A stretch of DNA of 64,000 nt from an uncultured Armatimonadia bacterium (GTDB lineage: Bacteria > Armatimonadota > Zipacnadia > CAVVLO01): positions 480,001-544,000 of the forward strand of contig CAVVLO010000003.1 of the NCBI GenBank assembly GCA_963749155.1, in the 5' to 3' direction. The notes under the pieces were generated by a model. It ran no database searches. It saw only the letters and a list, made by a program, of their open reading frames with translations, and was not told where the DNA came from. This document shows positions 11,129 through 22,600 of this stretch, in pieces. How positions within the stretch are numbered: position 1 is the first letter of the stretch; the number at the start of each line of letters is the position of its first letter. Made by a program: the position numbers and the translations under genes.

Positions 11129-12271
11129 TTCCAGGTCGCCTGGGCGGCCTCGGTCATCGCCAGCACATTCTCGACGGGAGTTCCCGGTAGCACCGTGTTA
11201 GATGAGCCTAAAATCAGCCTCCCATGAGGCGCACAAGCAGCAACTAAATCGCCCGCGACCTCTGCGACCTGCTGGGCGCTGCCGTTACGTAGCACTGCGC
11301 AGCTTATATTGCCCCAGCAGGTCAGGCGCGGAAAGCGCTGCTGCAGTTCAGGTATGGTCATTCCCGCATCGTGGTCTATCTCGCCGTATCCCTCGACTCC
11401 CTCGCCGCCAAAAAGCGTGTCCGCAACAGGCCACAGATTACCGTCTGAACGGAAGCAGTAGACCATCTCGAGCTCGCGCGCCTTGTCTGCGAGTCCCCGA
11501 TAACGTGGCCCGACGATACGGTCGAAGAGCTTCGGCCCATAGGTCGGCCCGCTATTGTCGGCAAGGTCTCCCCCACCCCAGGCGATACGCACGCCCAGTG
11601 CCGCGGCCGCTTCGAGTTGCTGCAGACCAAGCTGATATTCGGCCTCGACCAGTGATCCGACTAGGCCGGCGCCAGCGCGCACGCGGTCAGCCATTCTTCG
11701 ATCCAACGGTACCGAGAGCATCGCCATCCCGCAGACGGGCTCCAGTTCCTCACCGCAGAAGACAATCCAGCGTTTGATGCCCTCTTCAAAGCCCTCTCTG
11801 CGCCTCTTCCTGAAGCTTTCAGCAAGCCTTTGCCAGCCTTTCACGGTGCCTTCCAGCGTCTCTTCACTGCGCCATCCGGGCTTGTGCGAATACGCCACAG
11901 GCCCATAGGTCTTCGCCGTCGGATCGAATCTGTAAAGCGTCCACCAGCCAGCCTCGTCACCATACAGGAACTCATATTCGCTGACCTGCTTGGCCGGTCG
12001 GCCAGACAGCCAGGTAGGGGAAAGGGCTCCCCAGCCGAAGCAGTCGAGCCAAATCGCGATTATCCTCGTCCACCTGCGCGAGAAAAGCCGCATACTCGTC
12101 CTCACCGCGCAGGGAGGCAACCGCTTGCTGATAATGCAGATAGGTACTTCCAGTAAAAGCCTCTCGACCAAGCAACTCGGAGGCTACATCGGAAGCGAAA
12201 GCCTGCTCCCATACTGGCACCTGCTGTGCCTTGCCCTCAAAAGCGGCCAGAAATCGCTGGCGATTGGTCAT
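11125..12271 (-). CDS. Uroporphyrinogen decarboxylase / MtaA-CmuA-like protein; frameshift near 12030
   Basis: N-terminus MTNRQRFLAAFEG...VPVWE lies in the 11972-12358 frame; the C-terminal part has GGDLA, FRSDGN, WGNI and LILGSSN. Confidence 0.75.
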
Positions 12272-12411
12272 CTGTCTCTCCCTACAACACTTGTGAAGGC
12301 AGGTTCGGCGAAGGCACGATGACTCCTGCAGGCTTGTGCCGGCAGGTAACCTGCCCAAGACCTCGAACCCCTAACCGCCAGCCTTGCTTTCCAAAAGATG
12401 GCTGGCAGGTG

Positions 12412-13890
12412 ATGAAAATGGCTTCAGATCGACCCAATGTGCTCGTACTGCTTGCTGACCAGCATCGCTACGACTGCCTTGGTTGCTACGGCAACGAGCA
12501 AGTTCAGACACCCAATCTCGATGCACTGGCAGACGAGGGCCTGGTTTTTGAGCACTGCTGCTGCACTTATCCTGTATGCACACCGAGTCGTTATTCGTTG
12601 CTGACCGGACTGCATGTGCACCAGCACCTTGGCGCCACCAATAACGTCACTCTGCATCCTGGTCTGGACACCTTCCCGCGGTTGCTCGCCGAGGCTGGCT
12701 ACCACACCAAGGCTGTGGGCAAGATGCACTACCACCCTACCTATCTGGATGTCGGCTTCGAAGAGATGGTCCTCTCCGAACAAGATGGTCCAGGCCGGTG
12801 GGATGACGACTATCACCGGTATCTGCGTTCAAAGGGCCTGGCCGACAAGGTCGATATGTGGGACCAGCTTTGGCAATACCGCAAGCAAGCCCCGCCCTCG
12901 CACTTCGCCGAACTGGGCAGCCAGGAAAGCGACCTGCCCGAGGCTGAATACTCGACCACCTGGATTGCTGACCGCGCGATGGAGACGATCAGGGCCTGGG
13001 AAGGCGGCGGCAACCTGCTGATGGCAGGCTTCATCAAGCCCCACCACCCTTTCGATGCCCCTGCGCCCTGGAGCGAGTTATACAATCCTGACGAGCTCTC
13101 GCCCTTGCCTGGCTGGCTGGAAGAGCCGCTGTCTCGAGAGACCGCTCGAAGCCACGGCTACTATCCCCATGAGACGATGACCCTGCCAATGCTGCAGCGA
13201 GCGATGGCCCAATACTATGCGACCATCAGCCAGATCGACTTCCACCTTGGGCGGATGGTCGAACTGCTGCGCCAGCGCGGCCTGTATGATGACACCCTGA
13301 TTGTCTACACCGCCGACCATGGCGAGTATATGGGCTTCCATCACCTCTTGTTAAAGGCCAACTATATGTATGATCCGCTCATCCAGGTACCGCTGGTAAT
13401 GAAGCTGCCAGGCGGCGCCCGCGCCGGAGAACGTCCCGACGTGCTCGCGAGCGGCATCGATTTGGCGCCGACCATACTCGCGCAGGCCGGCGTTCTCCCA
13501 GGCCAATGGATGCGCGGCCTGGACCTCGCGCAACCAGAAGCTAGCCGCGATCACGTTTGCGCCTCAGCCTATGGCGGCGGTGAATATATGATAAGGACGC
13601 GGGAGCGTAAACTGCTGCTCACACCGCGACCGGAATCGTCGCTCTTGTTTGACCTTGCGGCTGATCCACTCGAAAAGACCAACCTGTATAACGCCCCGGA
13701 GCGCCAGTCCGAGGTGCAAGACCTGACCAACCGGCTGGCCAGATGGCTAATGTTCGAGGCGCCTTACCCCCACTGTGCCTTCGAGCGCGCTCCTGTAATC
13801 GAAGGCCCTAATGTGCCTGATATGAGCGATGACCACGCCGCAGATGCCCAAAGTTATTTCCTGCCCAAGGCTTTCTCCAATCTGGATTAG
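12412..13890 (+). CDS. Sulfatase (S1, Cys-type)
   Basis: RPNVLVLLADQHR, CTPSRYSLLTG, GKMH, KPHHPF, ADHG. Start placed at MKMASDRPN. Confidence 0.92.
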   Translation: MKMASDRPNVLVLLADQHRYDCLGCYGNEQVQTPNLDALADEGLVFEHCCCTYPVCTPSRYSLLTGLHVHQHLGATNNVTLHPGLDTFPRLLAEAGYHTKAVGKMHYHPTYLDVGFEEMVLSEQDGPGRWDDDYHRYLRSKGLADKVDMWDQLWQYRKQAPPSHFAELGSQESDLPEAEYSTTWIADRAMETIRAWEGGGNLLMAGFIKPHHPFDAPAPWSELYNPDELSPLPGWLEEPLSRETARSHGYYPHETMTLPMLQRAMAQYYATISQIDFHLGRMVELLRQRGLYDDTLIVYTADHGEYMGFHHLLLKANYMYDPLIQVPLVMKLPGGARAGERPDVLASGIDLAPTILAQAGVLPGQWMRGLDLAQPEASRDHVCASAYGGGEYMIRTRERKLLLTPRPESSLLFDLAADPLEKTNLYNAPERQSEVQDLTNRLARWLMFEAPYPHCAFERAPVIEGPNVPDMSDDHAADAQSYFLPKAFSNLD

Positions 13891-14084
13891 CCCCAGGCCG
13901 CCAGGCGAGTGGTGACTGCCCGTGACCAACTCGCCCGGCGGTATCAGGGCATATGGAGGGCGCAAGGCCCAAGTGGGCTCCAGCTTAGTTATCGGTAGAT
14001 TTCTGCTGGGCTTTAGAGTTTGAGGCAGGTAATTTTCGATTTTTTCACGAACTAGGGGCAGCCTCAAGAGGCAAGGAGGTCATC

Positions 14085-15638
14085 GTGAGGTTGCTGGGGC
14101 TTCTAATCTGCGCGCTACTCGCGTTTTCTGGGGGCGTAAGGGGCCAGGAAGAAGGCCCAAAAGAGGCTTTGAGTCTTCCTTGCGTCTACAATGTAAGGGA
14201 CTTCGGCGCCGTTGGAGATGGCCTGAGGGACGATACAGAGGCCTTTCAAGCCGCGCTTGAGGCTGCTCGGGCGACCGGCGGGACAGTCCTGGTGCCGCCT
14301 GTGACCGCAGGGCAGGGCTACGTGCTGACTCGCACTGTGCGGGTGCCGCGTTCAGTGGCGCTGGTTGGCTCTCTGGCGGGGCTTACAAACAACTCCTGGT
14401 CAGCCTATGACCTGCCCGACAGCAACGTCGTCGGCTGCAAGATTTTCGCGCGGCCAGCGCCTGACCAGTGGCAAGGAGAGGCCAAAGCGCCTCTTTTCTG
14501 GCTTGAGGGAGGCTGCACGGTGCGCGGTCTCTTCATCCTCTACGACCAGCAGCCCTGGCCGAGTGATGAGCAATTTCAGGATAAAGCCTCTCCCTTTTAT
14601 TATGAAAGCTTCGAAGCAGCGCGCGAAGGCTTCGAACGCGATCACGTTAAGCCCTACGGCCCAACTTTCTACGCCGACTTCGGCACCAACATCGTGCTGG
14701 AAGACCTCCAGTGCGACCGCTATTATGATTTCCTCTACTTCCGCCAGGCGGGCCGCTGCTGGATAAACCGCATCGCGCTGTATGGCTACAAGCGGGGGTT
14801 CACACTGCAGGAGATCCCCGATGTGGTGCGCATCCAGGGCATCCATATGGTGCCGAATGTGGGCCCGGCCTGCCCGGGCCCAACTGGGCCTGGACGCACT
14901 TACACCTGGATTTACGCCCTTTGTGCCAGTGATCCGGAACAGATTGGTTTCCAATTTGGAAATTACGATGGCCTTACGTTGATGGATCTGACCTGTTTCG
15001 GAATGCATACAGGCATCCAGTTTGGCGCCAGCAAGGCTTTCCCTGTAAATAATCCAGTGGAAAACGTCGACTGCTACTGGGATGAAGAATCCGGCAAGCC
15101 GGTCGGTTTCCGCGGTAACTACGCGCCCGGCACTGGCCCCTGGGGCGCGATTACTGATCTCAAGCTCGACCAGGTCTGCGTCGGGCTGCACTTTGTCTGG
15201 CCCTCGCCCCTGACCGTGAGGCTGACCAACTGTCTTATCTTCCCCGCCTTCGATGATGGGCAAGACTTCGAAGCAGCCGGCGGAAGCGGCAATCTGACAG
15301 GGGTCGCGCGGCAGGCGGCTTTTCTCGTTGAACCTACCTACAGCGCCAAGTTTTCTGGTGGCTACAAGCCTGTCGTGATGGGTAACAACGTCGTGCTGGC
15401 GAGTTTTAACGACAGCGGGCGGTTCGCCCCTGCCTCGGCCGATTGTCGGACTGCCAACGGTCGCGCCTTCCTGCTGGGCGGCGATGTGACAATGGATTTC
15501 ACAGGCCTTCAGCTTTACATCCCATACGGCGAAGATCTGCTGTGGGCGCGTGGGTCAGCCAGCACCGACGCGAGTGTGAAACTTCGCGGATTCATCCTGG
15601 CCGGTGAGCCGAAATCTGATATCGAATTTGGCAAATAA
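14085..15638 (+). CDS. Secreted parallel beta-helix protein (pectate lyase 3 / GH28-related superfamily)
   Basis: Signal peptide and the YNVRDFGAVGDGLRDDTEAFQAAL motif. Confidence 0.75.
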   Translation: MRLLGLLICALLAFSGGVRGQEEGPKEALSLPCVYNVRDFGAVGDGLRDDTEAFQAALEAARATGGTVLVPPVTAGQGYVLTRTVRVPRSVALVGSLAGLTNNSWSAYDLPDSNVVGCKIFARPAPDQWQGEAKAPLFWLEGGCTVRGLFILYDQQPWPSDEQFQDKASPFYYESFEAAREGFERDHVKPYGPTFYADFGTNIVLEDLQCDRYYDFLYFRQAGRCWINRIALYGYKRGFTLQEIPDVVRIQGIHMVPNVGPACPGPTGPGRTYTWIYALCASDPEQIGFQFGNYDGLTLMDLTCFGMHTGIQFGASKAFPVNNPVENVDCYWDEESGKPVGFRGNYAPGTGPWGAITDLKLDQVCVGLHFVWPSPLTVRLTNCLIFPAFDDGQDFEAAGGSGNLTGVARQAAFLVEPTYSAKFSGGYKPVVMGNNVVLASFNDSGRFAPASADCRTANGRAFLLGGDVTMDFTGLQLYIPYGEDLLWARGSASTDASVKLRGFILAGEPKSDIEFGK

Positions 15639-15692
15639 CTGCGCAAAACCAGGCGTGGAGCACTTCCGGCCTGACAATACGGGAGGAGAGAG

Positions 15693-16982
15693 ATGGACGA
15701 CGTACGCAAGACAGTAGGCGATTCGGACTGGTTCGTGAAGGACCGCTTCGGGCTTTTCATCCACTGGGGCCTGTATGCGATGGCCGCCCGCCACGAGTGG
15801 GTGCAGCATCAGGAGCAGATCCCGCCCAGCCTCTACGAAAGCAAGTATTTCAAGCGCTTTGACCCCGATCTCTACGACCCGAATCTCTGGGCCGAGGCCG
15901 CCTCAAACGCGGGGATGAAGTACTTCGTCATCACTACCAAGCACCATGAGGGCTTCTGCCTGTGGGACAGCGCCCTTACCGACTACAAAGCGCCCAACAC
16001 GCCGTGCAAACGCGATCTGCTGCGGCCGATGGTGGATGCCTTCCGCGCCCAGAATATGCGGGTGGGCTTCTACCATTCCCTCATCGACTGGCATCACCCC
16101 GACTATATCATCGACCCGCATATCGGGCCGCTGCGCGCTGGCGACCGCGACGCGCTGAACGTGGGGCGCGAGCAGATGCGCTATGCGGACTATCTCCACG
16201 GGCAGGTGCGCGAGCTGCTGACCCAGTTCGGGCAGGTGGATATCCTCTGGCTCGATTTTAGCTATCCAAATCCGGACGGTTCGGGCAAGGGCCACGATGA
16301 CTGGCGCAGCGCAGAGCTTTACAAGCAGGTGCGCGAGTTGATGCCCAACCTGATAATCAACGACCGGCTGGACCTCGAAAACGAGTGGGACTTCAAGACG
16401 CCCGAACAGTTCGTCCCCCGGCGCGGCGTGATGGTGAACGGGCAGAAAGTGGTCTGGGAAGCCTGCCACACTTTCAGCGGTTCCTGGGGTTATCATCGGG
16501 ATGAGGCAAGCTGGAAGAGCCTCGACCAGCTCGTCGAGATGCTCATAGACAACGTCGCCAAGGGCGGCAACCTGCTGCTGAACGTCGGCCCGACGGGGCG
16601 CGGCGAGTTCGACGAGCGCGTGCTTACGCGGCTGCAGGGGATGGGCGAATGGATGAAGCGCCACGGGCGCTCTATCTACGGCTGCGGCGCGGCGCCCGAG
16701 GAGTTCAAGTGCCCGCAGGACTGCCGCCTGACCTACAATGCGGAGACGAACAGGCTCTACGTGCACCTCTTCGCCTGGCCCTTCGAGCTGCTGCATCTGG
16801 ACGGGATGGCGGGCAAGGTCGCTTATGCCCAACTGCTGAACGACGGCTCGGAGGTCGGGATGACCGATCTGCCCGGCCACCAGGCGGTGTACGGCGACCA
16901 GGGCGAGGGCACGCTGACGCTGAAGCTGCCAGTGCTGAAGCCGAACGTGACAGTGCCGGTCGTGGAGCTGTTCCTCAAGTAA
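15693..16982 (+). CDS. Alpha-L-fucosidase (GH29)
   Basis: RFGLFIHWG, TTKHHEGF, ILWLD, GGNLLLNVGP; RBS GGAGGAG upstream. Confidence 0.95.
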   Translation: MDDVRKTVGDSDWFVKDRFGLFIHWGLYAMAARHEWVQHQEQIPPSLYESKYFKRFDPDLYDPNLWAEAASNAGMKYFVITTKHHEGFCLWDSALTDYKAPNTPCKRDLLRPMVDAFRAQNMRVGFYHSLIDWHHPDYIIDPHIGPLRAGDRDALNVGREQMRYADYLHGQVRELLTQFGQVDILWLDFSYPNPDGSGKGHDDWRSAELYKQVRELMPNLIINDRLDLENEWDFKTPEQFVPRRGVMVNGQKVVWEACHTFSGSWGYHRDEASWKSLDQLVEMLIDNVAKGGNLLLNVGPTGRGEFDERVLTRLQGMGEWMKRHGRSIYGCGAAPEEFKCPQDCRLTYNAETNRLYVHLFAWPFELLHLDGMAGKVAYAQLLNDGSEVGMTDLPGHQAVYGDQGEGTLTLKLPVLKPNVTVPVVELFLK

Positions 16983-16993
16983 CCAACTAGTGC

Positions 16994-17145
16994 GGGTGCA
17001 GGGGGCAATGCCCCCTGCGGGGTTCAGAGCTTTGAAGAGCGCAGGGGGGCGTGAGCGAAGCTCACGAGTCGCCCCTGCACCCCCATACTCACTTGGCGTT
17101 CCCTAGCTCTGGTGTTTCGGGGCTTCAGCCCCGAAACCAGAGCGG
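16994..17145. repeat. REP-like palindrome cluster
   Basis: GGGTGCAGGGGGCAATGCCCCCTGC, GTGAGCGAAGCTCAC and GGTGTTTCGGGGCTTCAGCCCCGAAACC hairpins, each of which recurs elsewhere in the window. Confidence 0.8.
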
Positions 17146-17243
17146 CTAAGGCGCTGGCCGCGAGCCCAGATGCCGGGAGGTCAGCATCGGGGCTTCTGGC
17201 AGTGGTTTATCGGCAGGTAAACTGAGCGTGCAGGAGGCAGCAG

Positions 17244-19317
17244 ATGATACTGAAGCGACTTGACGGGACTGTGATAGGCGAGGGCAAGACCCTCCGTGAG
17301 ATTGCAGAGGCGAACAAGGCCAACCTGAGCGAGGCCAACCTGCGCGGGGCCGACCTGAGCGGGGCCAACCTGAGCGAGGCCGACCTGAGCGAGGCCAACC
17401 TGAGCGAGGCCAACCTGAGCGAGGCCTACCTGAGCAAGGCCGACCTGACCGGGGCCAACCTGAGCGGGGCCAACCTGAGCGAGGCTGATCTGAGCGGGGC
17501 CAATCTGAGCGAGGCCAACCTGAGCGGGGCCAACCTGCGCGGGGCCGACCTGACAGGGGCCAAGTTACCCACTTACCAGCTCTTGCGAATTGATGGCACT
17601 CTGATTGGCGAATCATATAACGCGCGACGAGCTGCCGAGGTATATAAGGCCGACCTGAGATGGGCCAACCTGAGCAAAGCCGACCTGAGCGAGGCCGACC
17701 TGAGGCAATCTGCGGGGCCGACCTGATACTGCGCGAGGCCAACCTGAGCGAGGCCAACCTGAGGCGGGCCGACCTGAGCGGGGCCAACCTGAGCAGGGCC
17801 AACCTGAGCGGGGCCAACCTGAGCGAGGCCAACCTGAGCGGGGCCAACCTGAGCGGGGCCAACCTGAGCGGGGCCAACCTGAGCAAGGCCAACCTGAGCG
17901 AGGCCAACCTGAGCGGGGCCGACCTGAGCGGGGCCAACCTGAGCGGGGCCAACCTGAGCGGGGCCAACCTGAGCGGGGCCGACCTGGCAGCCGATGGGCC
18001 AACCTGAGCGGGGCCGACCTGAGCGGGGCCAACCTGAGCGGGGCCGACCTGAGCAGGGCCGACCTGAGCGAGGGCCGACCTGAGCGGGGCCAACCTGAGC
18101 AGGCTGACGGCCGACCTGAGCGGGGCCAACCTGAGCGGGGCCAACCTGAGCGGGGCCAACCTGCAGCGAGGCCATGAGCCTGGCAGCTGCCGAGGCCAAC
18201 CTGAGCGGGGCCAACCTGAGCGGGGCCGACCTGACGCGAGGCCAACCTGGAGGGGGCCGACCTGAGCGGGGCCAACCTGAGCAGGGCCGACCTGCAGCAT
18301 GAGGCCGACCTGAGAGGCCACCTGAGAGGCCGACCTGAGCGGGGCCAACCTGAGCGAGGCCAACCTGAGCGGGGCCAACCTGAGGGGCCAGGTTGCCCAC
18401 TTACCAGCTCTTGCGAGTTGATGGCACTCTGATTGGCGAATCATACAACGCGCGCCGAGCTGCCGAGGTACATAAGGCTGACCTGCGCGAGGCCAACCTG
18501 AGCAAGGCCAACCTGAGCGAGGCCGACCTGCACAAGGCCAACCTGAGCGGGGCCGACCTGAGCGGGGCCAACCTGAGCGGGGCCAACCTGAGCGGGGCCA
18601 ACCTGAGCAGGGCCAACCTGAGCGGGCCAACCTGAGCTGGCCAACCTGAGCGGGGCCTGGCAGGCCAACCTGCGCGAGGCCAACCTGAGCGAGGCCAACC
18701 TGAGCGAGGCCAACCTGAGCGAGGCCGACCTGAGCGGGGCCAACCTGAGCGGGGCCAACCTGAGGGGCCGACCTGCGCGAGGCCAACCTGAGCGGGGCCA
18801 ACCTGACTGCCGAAAGGCCGACCTGAGCGGGGCCAACCTGAGCGGGGCCAACCTGAGCGGGGCCAACCTGAGCGAGGCCAACCTGAGCGGGGCCGACCTG
18901 AGCAGGGCCGACCTGCGCGGGGCCAACCTGAGCGGGGCCAACCTGAGCGGGGCCAACCTGAGCGGGGCCGACCTGCGGGGCCAACTGCGGGGCCAACCTG
19001 AGCAACCGACCTGAGCGGCCGACCTGCGAGGCACTGAGCGGCCGACCTGAGCGAGGCCGACCTGAGCGGGGCCGACCTGAGCGGGGCCGACCTGCGGGGC
19101 CAACCTGCGCGGGGCCAACCTGAGCGGGGCCAACCTGAGCGGGGCCAACCTGAGCAGCCGACCTGGGCAGCCGACCTGAGCGAGGCCGACCTGAGCAGCA
19201 GGCCAACCTGACGCGGGGCCGACCTGAGCGGGGCCAACCTGAGCGGGGCCAACCTGAGCGGGGCCAACCTGAGCGGGGCTGTCATCAGACGCTGGACACG
19301 CAAGGCTTGCCAAGTAG
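17244..19317 (+). CDS. Pentapeptide repeat protein with three cap+repeat modules; many indels, end approximate
   Basis: RBS AGGAGG and ATG at 17244, then A(N/D)LS(G/E) repeats. The cap [13 protein letters not shown] recurs as LPTYQLLR(I/V)[17 protein letters not shown] near 17565 and 18393. Likely stop TAG at 19315-19317, followed by a hairpin. Confidence 0.75.
17319..19280 (+). repeat. 15-bp coding tandem repeat GCC(A/G)ACCTGAGCG(G/A)G
   Basis: Directly visible; interrupted by two near-identical cap-coding segments of about 90 bp. Confidence 0.95.
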
Positions 19318-19327
19318 CTAGAGGCCC

Positions 19328-19378
19328 AGGGCTTGTATACGAGACAGTAGTTTCGTATACAGGCCCCCCTCTTTTTGT
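19328..19378 (+). terminator. Putative intrinsic terminator of the pentapeptide gene
   Basis: GGGCTTGTATACGAGA...TTTCGTATACAGGCCC stem followed by CTCTTTTT. Confidence 0.55.
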
Positions 19379-19384
19379 GCTCGA

Positions 19385-19630
19385 CCCGAGGCCGGTCGCG
19401 GCCGGAGATTGGCTCACCCAGGCGCGAAGCGAAACCGGGGGCCTGCCCCGAGCCTGTCGAGGGGTGCAGGGGGCAATGCCCCCTGCGCCTTTGGAGAGCT
19501 GTAAAAAGCAAGGGCGGGCTAACGCCCGCCTTTTTGAAGGGAAAAAATAAAAGGCAAAGGCGAAAGAAATATCACTTACAGACGTGGGGGGGCGTGAGCG
19601 AAGCTCACGAATACCCCCACACCCCCAGAC
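19385..19630. repeat. REP-like palindrome cluster
   Basis: Exact copies of the 16994-17019 and 17044-17067 motifs at 19462-19487 and 19587-19610, plus CCCCGAGCCTGTCGAGGGG and GGCGGGCTAACGCCCGCC-TTTTT hairpins. Confidence 0.8.
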
Positions 19631-19661
19631 TCGCTACGCGTCTCATCCGAGATGGCGTCCC

Positions 19662-22600
19662 TTAGTCCACCACCAGCAGGTTGATAGTCACTTTCTCGCC
19701 GAAGGTCGTGTCGGGCCAGGAGCCCATCACGAACTCCAGAGGCCTCGAGTCGCGAGCGTCCATTATCTGGAAGTCCTCGATATTGGCTGTACCGCAGAAG
19801 GGCACGTCCTCGGAGAGCGGTTTCAGCGCCTCTCCGCATTGAAGCACGACGATGCCCTCGGCCGGCTGCGCCTGCAATCCACATCGCATCGCCGTTATTG
19901 CCCACCTGGGCGCGCGCGAGGACAGGGGCGCCTCGCTTCACCCGCACGGTATCGCCGTCGGTCACTTCCTGCCACTGGCCTTCAGCGTTCAGCAGCCAGA
20001 GATAATCGAACTCCGCGTTGAGGTACTTCGGTGGATTGACGCCAGGCTTCAGCGGCACGTTGCCGATTGCAAGTGGCGGAGCCGTCACGCTGGTCAGCCC
20101 CTCGCCGATGCGTCGCAGGGCAGGCCATTTGCCCTCTTCTTCGATGAGCTGCCAGAAGCGCTTTTCTACTTGCTGGTATACGCCGTTGATGCCCTGGGTG
20201 GTCGAATCCCGGTCCACAACGATGTACTCGTCAGGCTCGAAGTCGGCGCGCGGCGGCTGGAAGAGAGGCGACCAGTCCTTGATTGAATAGCTTACCGGCC
20301 GCCAGCTACCATCGGGATTGATATTGCCGTAATCGCTGTTCTCGCCATACCTGAAGCCGCCCGGATACCACCAGGCGACAGTGCCATCGGCGCCGGAGAG
20401 ATAAGCCATCCGGTAGAAATCGCGGTAGTAATGGCCGATCTCCACCTCCTTGACGAGGTCGCGCTCCATCGTGCCGCGGTTCCAGGAACTGTTGCCGAAC
20501 TCGGCCCACATCACCGGGCGGCCAGGGGCCATCGCGCGCCCCCAGGCCACATCGAACCAGCCTGGTTTTACGCGGTCCCAATCACCGATGCGCCCATAGC
20601 CTTCCGGCTCCATTATGTCGACGGTCCTTGCCAGGCCCCGGAAGTCATAAGCGATCCAGCTTCCTCCGACTGTTGGGTTGCCTGCTTCGGACATCCGGAA
20701 GCTGGTGTAGTGGATGGGATCGAGGCTTTTTACCAGGCGATTCGCCGTGCCGTACTTCTTCCCCAGCAGGTCGTCGAGGAAGCGCCTGTACGCGCATACC
20801 ATCACGTGGTGCGTTCCTTCTGTGCTGCACTGGACATCTGAAGGATTGGTCACCTTGCCGGCCTCATCACGCGGGACAGGCACCCCCCAGTCAGCCTCGG
20901 CGGCCGCCAGGCTGCCATAACGCTCAACGACCCAGGCTTCCCAGTCGGCATCGTGGAGGAGACGCATCCCGTGGTTGCCAAACTGAGGCTCCCAGGCAAG
21001 GTCATAGGCGAAGAAGGTCGTGTTCTCGGCCAGTCGGTAGCCTTCGATTAACTCCTTCATAAGGGGCCATTGGAAATCCAGCGGTGTGCCAGGGCGCAGC
21101 GAGAGGTTAACTCTGAGGTCAAGGCGCCGGCAGCGCTCCAAGAGGTCGGTCAGGTTACCGCTATCAAGGGAATTGTGGTAGCAGAAGACACTAATCATAT
21201 TCATCCCCAGCGCCACGCAACGCTCCAGGTCGCGCTGGATGACGATGGGATCGTAGGCCTGCTTGCCCACCCACCACTCGAAATAGGGGCCATCTTCGAT
21301 GCCGACACCGCTCGAAGGCATATAGTTGGTACCATGGGGATACCAGCGCACCTCGCCAATTGTGAAGTGCCCATCGCGGATGCGCACCGGCTCGGGTTGC
21401 TTCGAAGGTCGGGAGACCACAACAGGATGCGAGAGCCAGTCCAGCAGGTTGCCTGACGCATCGCGCAGCTCGCAGGTCACTGTGTAGTCGTCGCTTGCAA
21501 AGTCAGCAGGCCAGGCAACCTCGGCTTTGCCCTCCGAGAGGGGCGTCTGGGCTTCGAAGACAGTATTAGCGCCCTCGGTCACAGAAAAAGCCACCGTGTC
21601 ACCAGCAAGTGGCGCCTCTCCCATCGCAACTACGCGCGCGCGCCGAGCACAGGTTTTGAGTCTTCAAAGTAGGCGTAGCTGTCGGCCCCACCCTCGAAGA
21701 GGAACTGTCCCTGCTTCATCCGGGCCAGCGTCGCCGTAACGAGCCCAAGCACTTCCGGACGGGCCAGATATTCGGTCGGCAGCGCAAAGCTGCTGGTGAT
21801 AGCGCCAGGATAGCCATCGCTCTGGTGCAGGATTAAACAGGCCGGCGTGCCGCAGACCTCGCCCTCTTCGGTCGCGAGCCTCGATCAGGGGGATCCAGCG
21901 CCATTTTTTGTCCCTGTTGTAGCCAGTGCCCTGAGGGCGCGGATGGACAGACCCGAAGGCTTCTTTGGGCAGTTCCAGGGCGGCCTCGGGCAGCAGTTTC
22001 TGCTTGCCGCTGACTTCCAGCCCCTTCGCGTTGGTCACCTCAAAGAATTTGTAAGCGGGATAGAGCTGCTCTACGATTGGGAAGTCGAACTCCAGCGCAA
22101 GCCCTTCGTCCTCCAGCGGGCTGGGCGCGGTGCCGATATCGGCAATCCACAGTTCATGCGGGCCGGCATTGACCGGTGTATGCGTCAAGGCAAGCCCAAC
22201 GGCGAAGTGAGAGGCCTGCTCGGGGTTGAAACTATCGCCTGCATAGCCGCGATTCTTCGAAGCGCTGTCATGCCAGTATTTGAACTCACTGGGCCTAAGT
22301 GAATAATGGCGCCATTCGCGCGTCACGGGCACTACAGCAATCCAGCGCGAGCCGTCCTGTTCTGTCCACTCGAAGGACATACTGGTCGTGTTGACGCCGC
22401 CTTTGGCCCAGAAGCAGGTAAGTTTCTCGCCGGGCCGGAAGGTCTCCGCCAGGTCGGTGATACCGAGGGTAGCCCAGCTTACCATCCGGGGAGAATCCAG
22501 CTTGAGGCTCATTACGCTGGGCCTCGGCCCTTCCTCAGAAAAGCTCCAGGTGGCCTCTGTATCAGGCCCGCCTCCCTGGGGGAAGTCCGCGATGTCTGCG

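Noticed and set aside
17319..19280. 15-bp tandem repeat as a CRISPR array
   Set aside because: No unique spacers; the unit translates to A(N/D)LS(G/E) pentapeptides behind an RBS and ATG.
17146..19511. Long minus-strand ORFs (686, 275, 338 and 356 aa) of [15 protein letters not shown] repeats
   Set aside because: Antisense shadows of the stop-free pentapeptide repeat.
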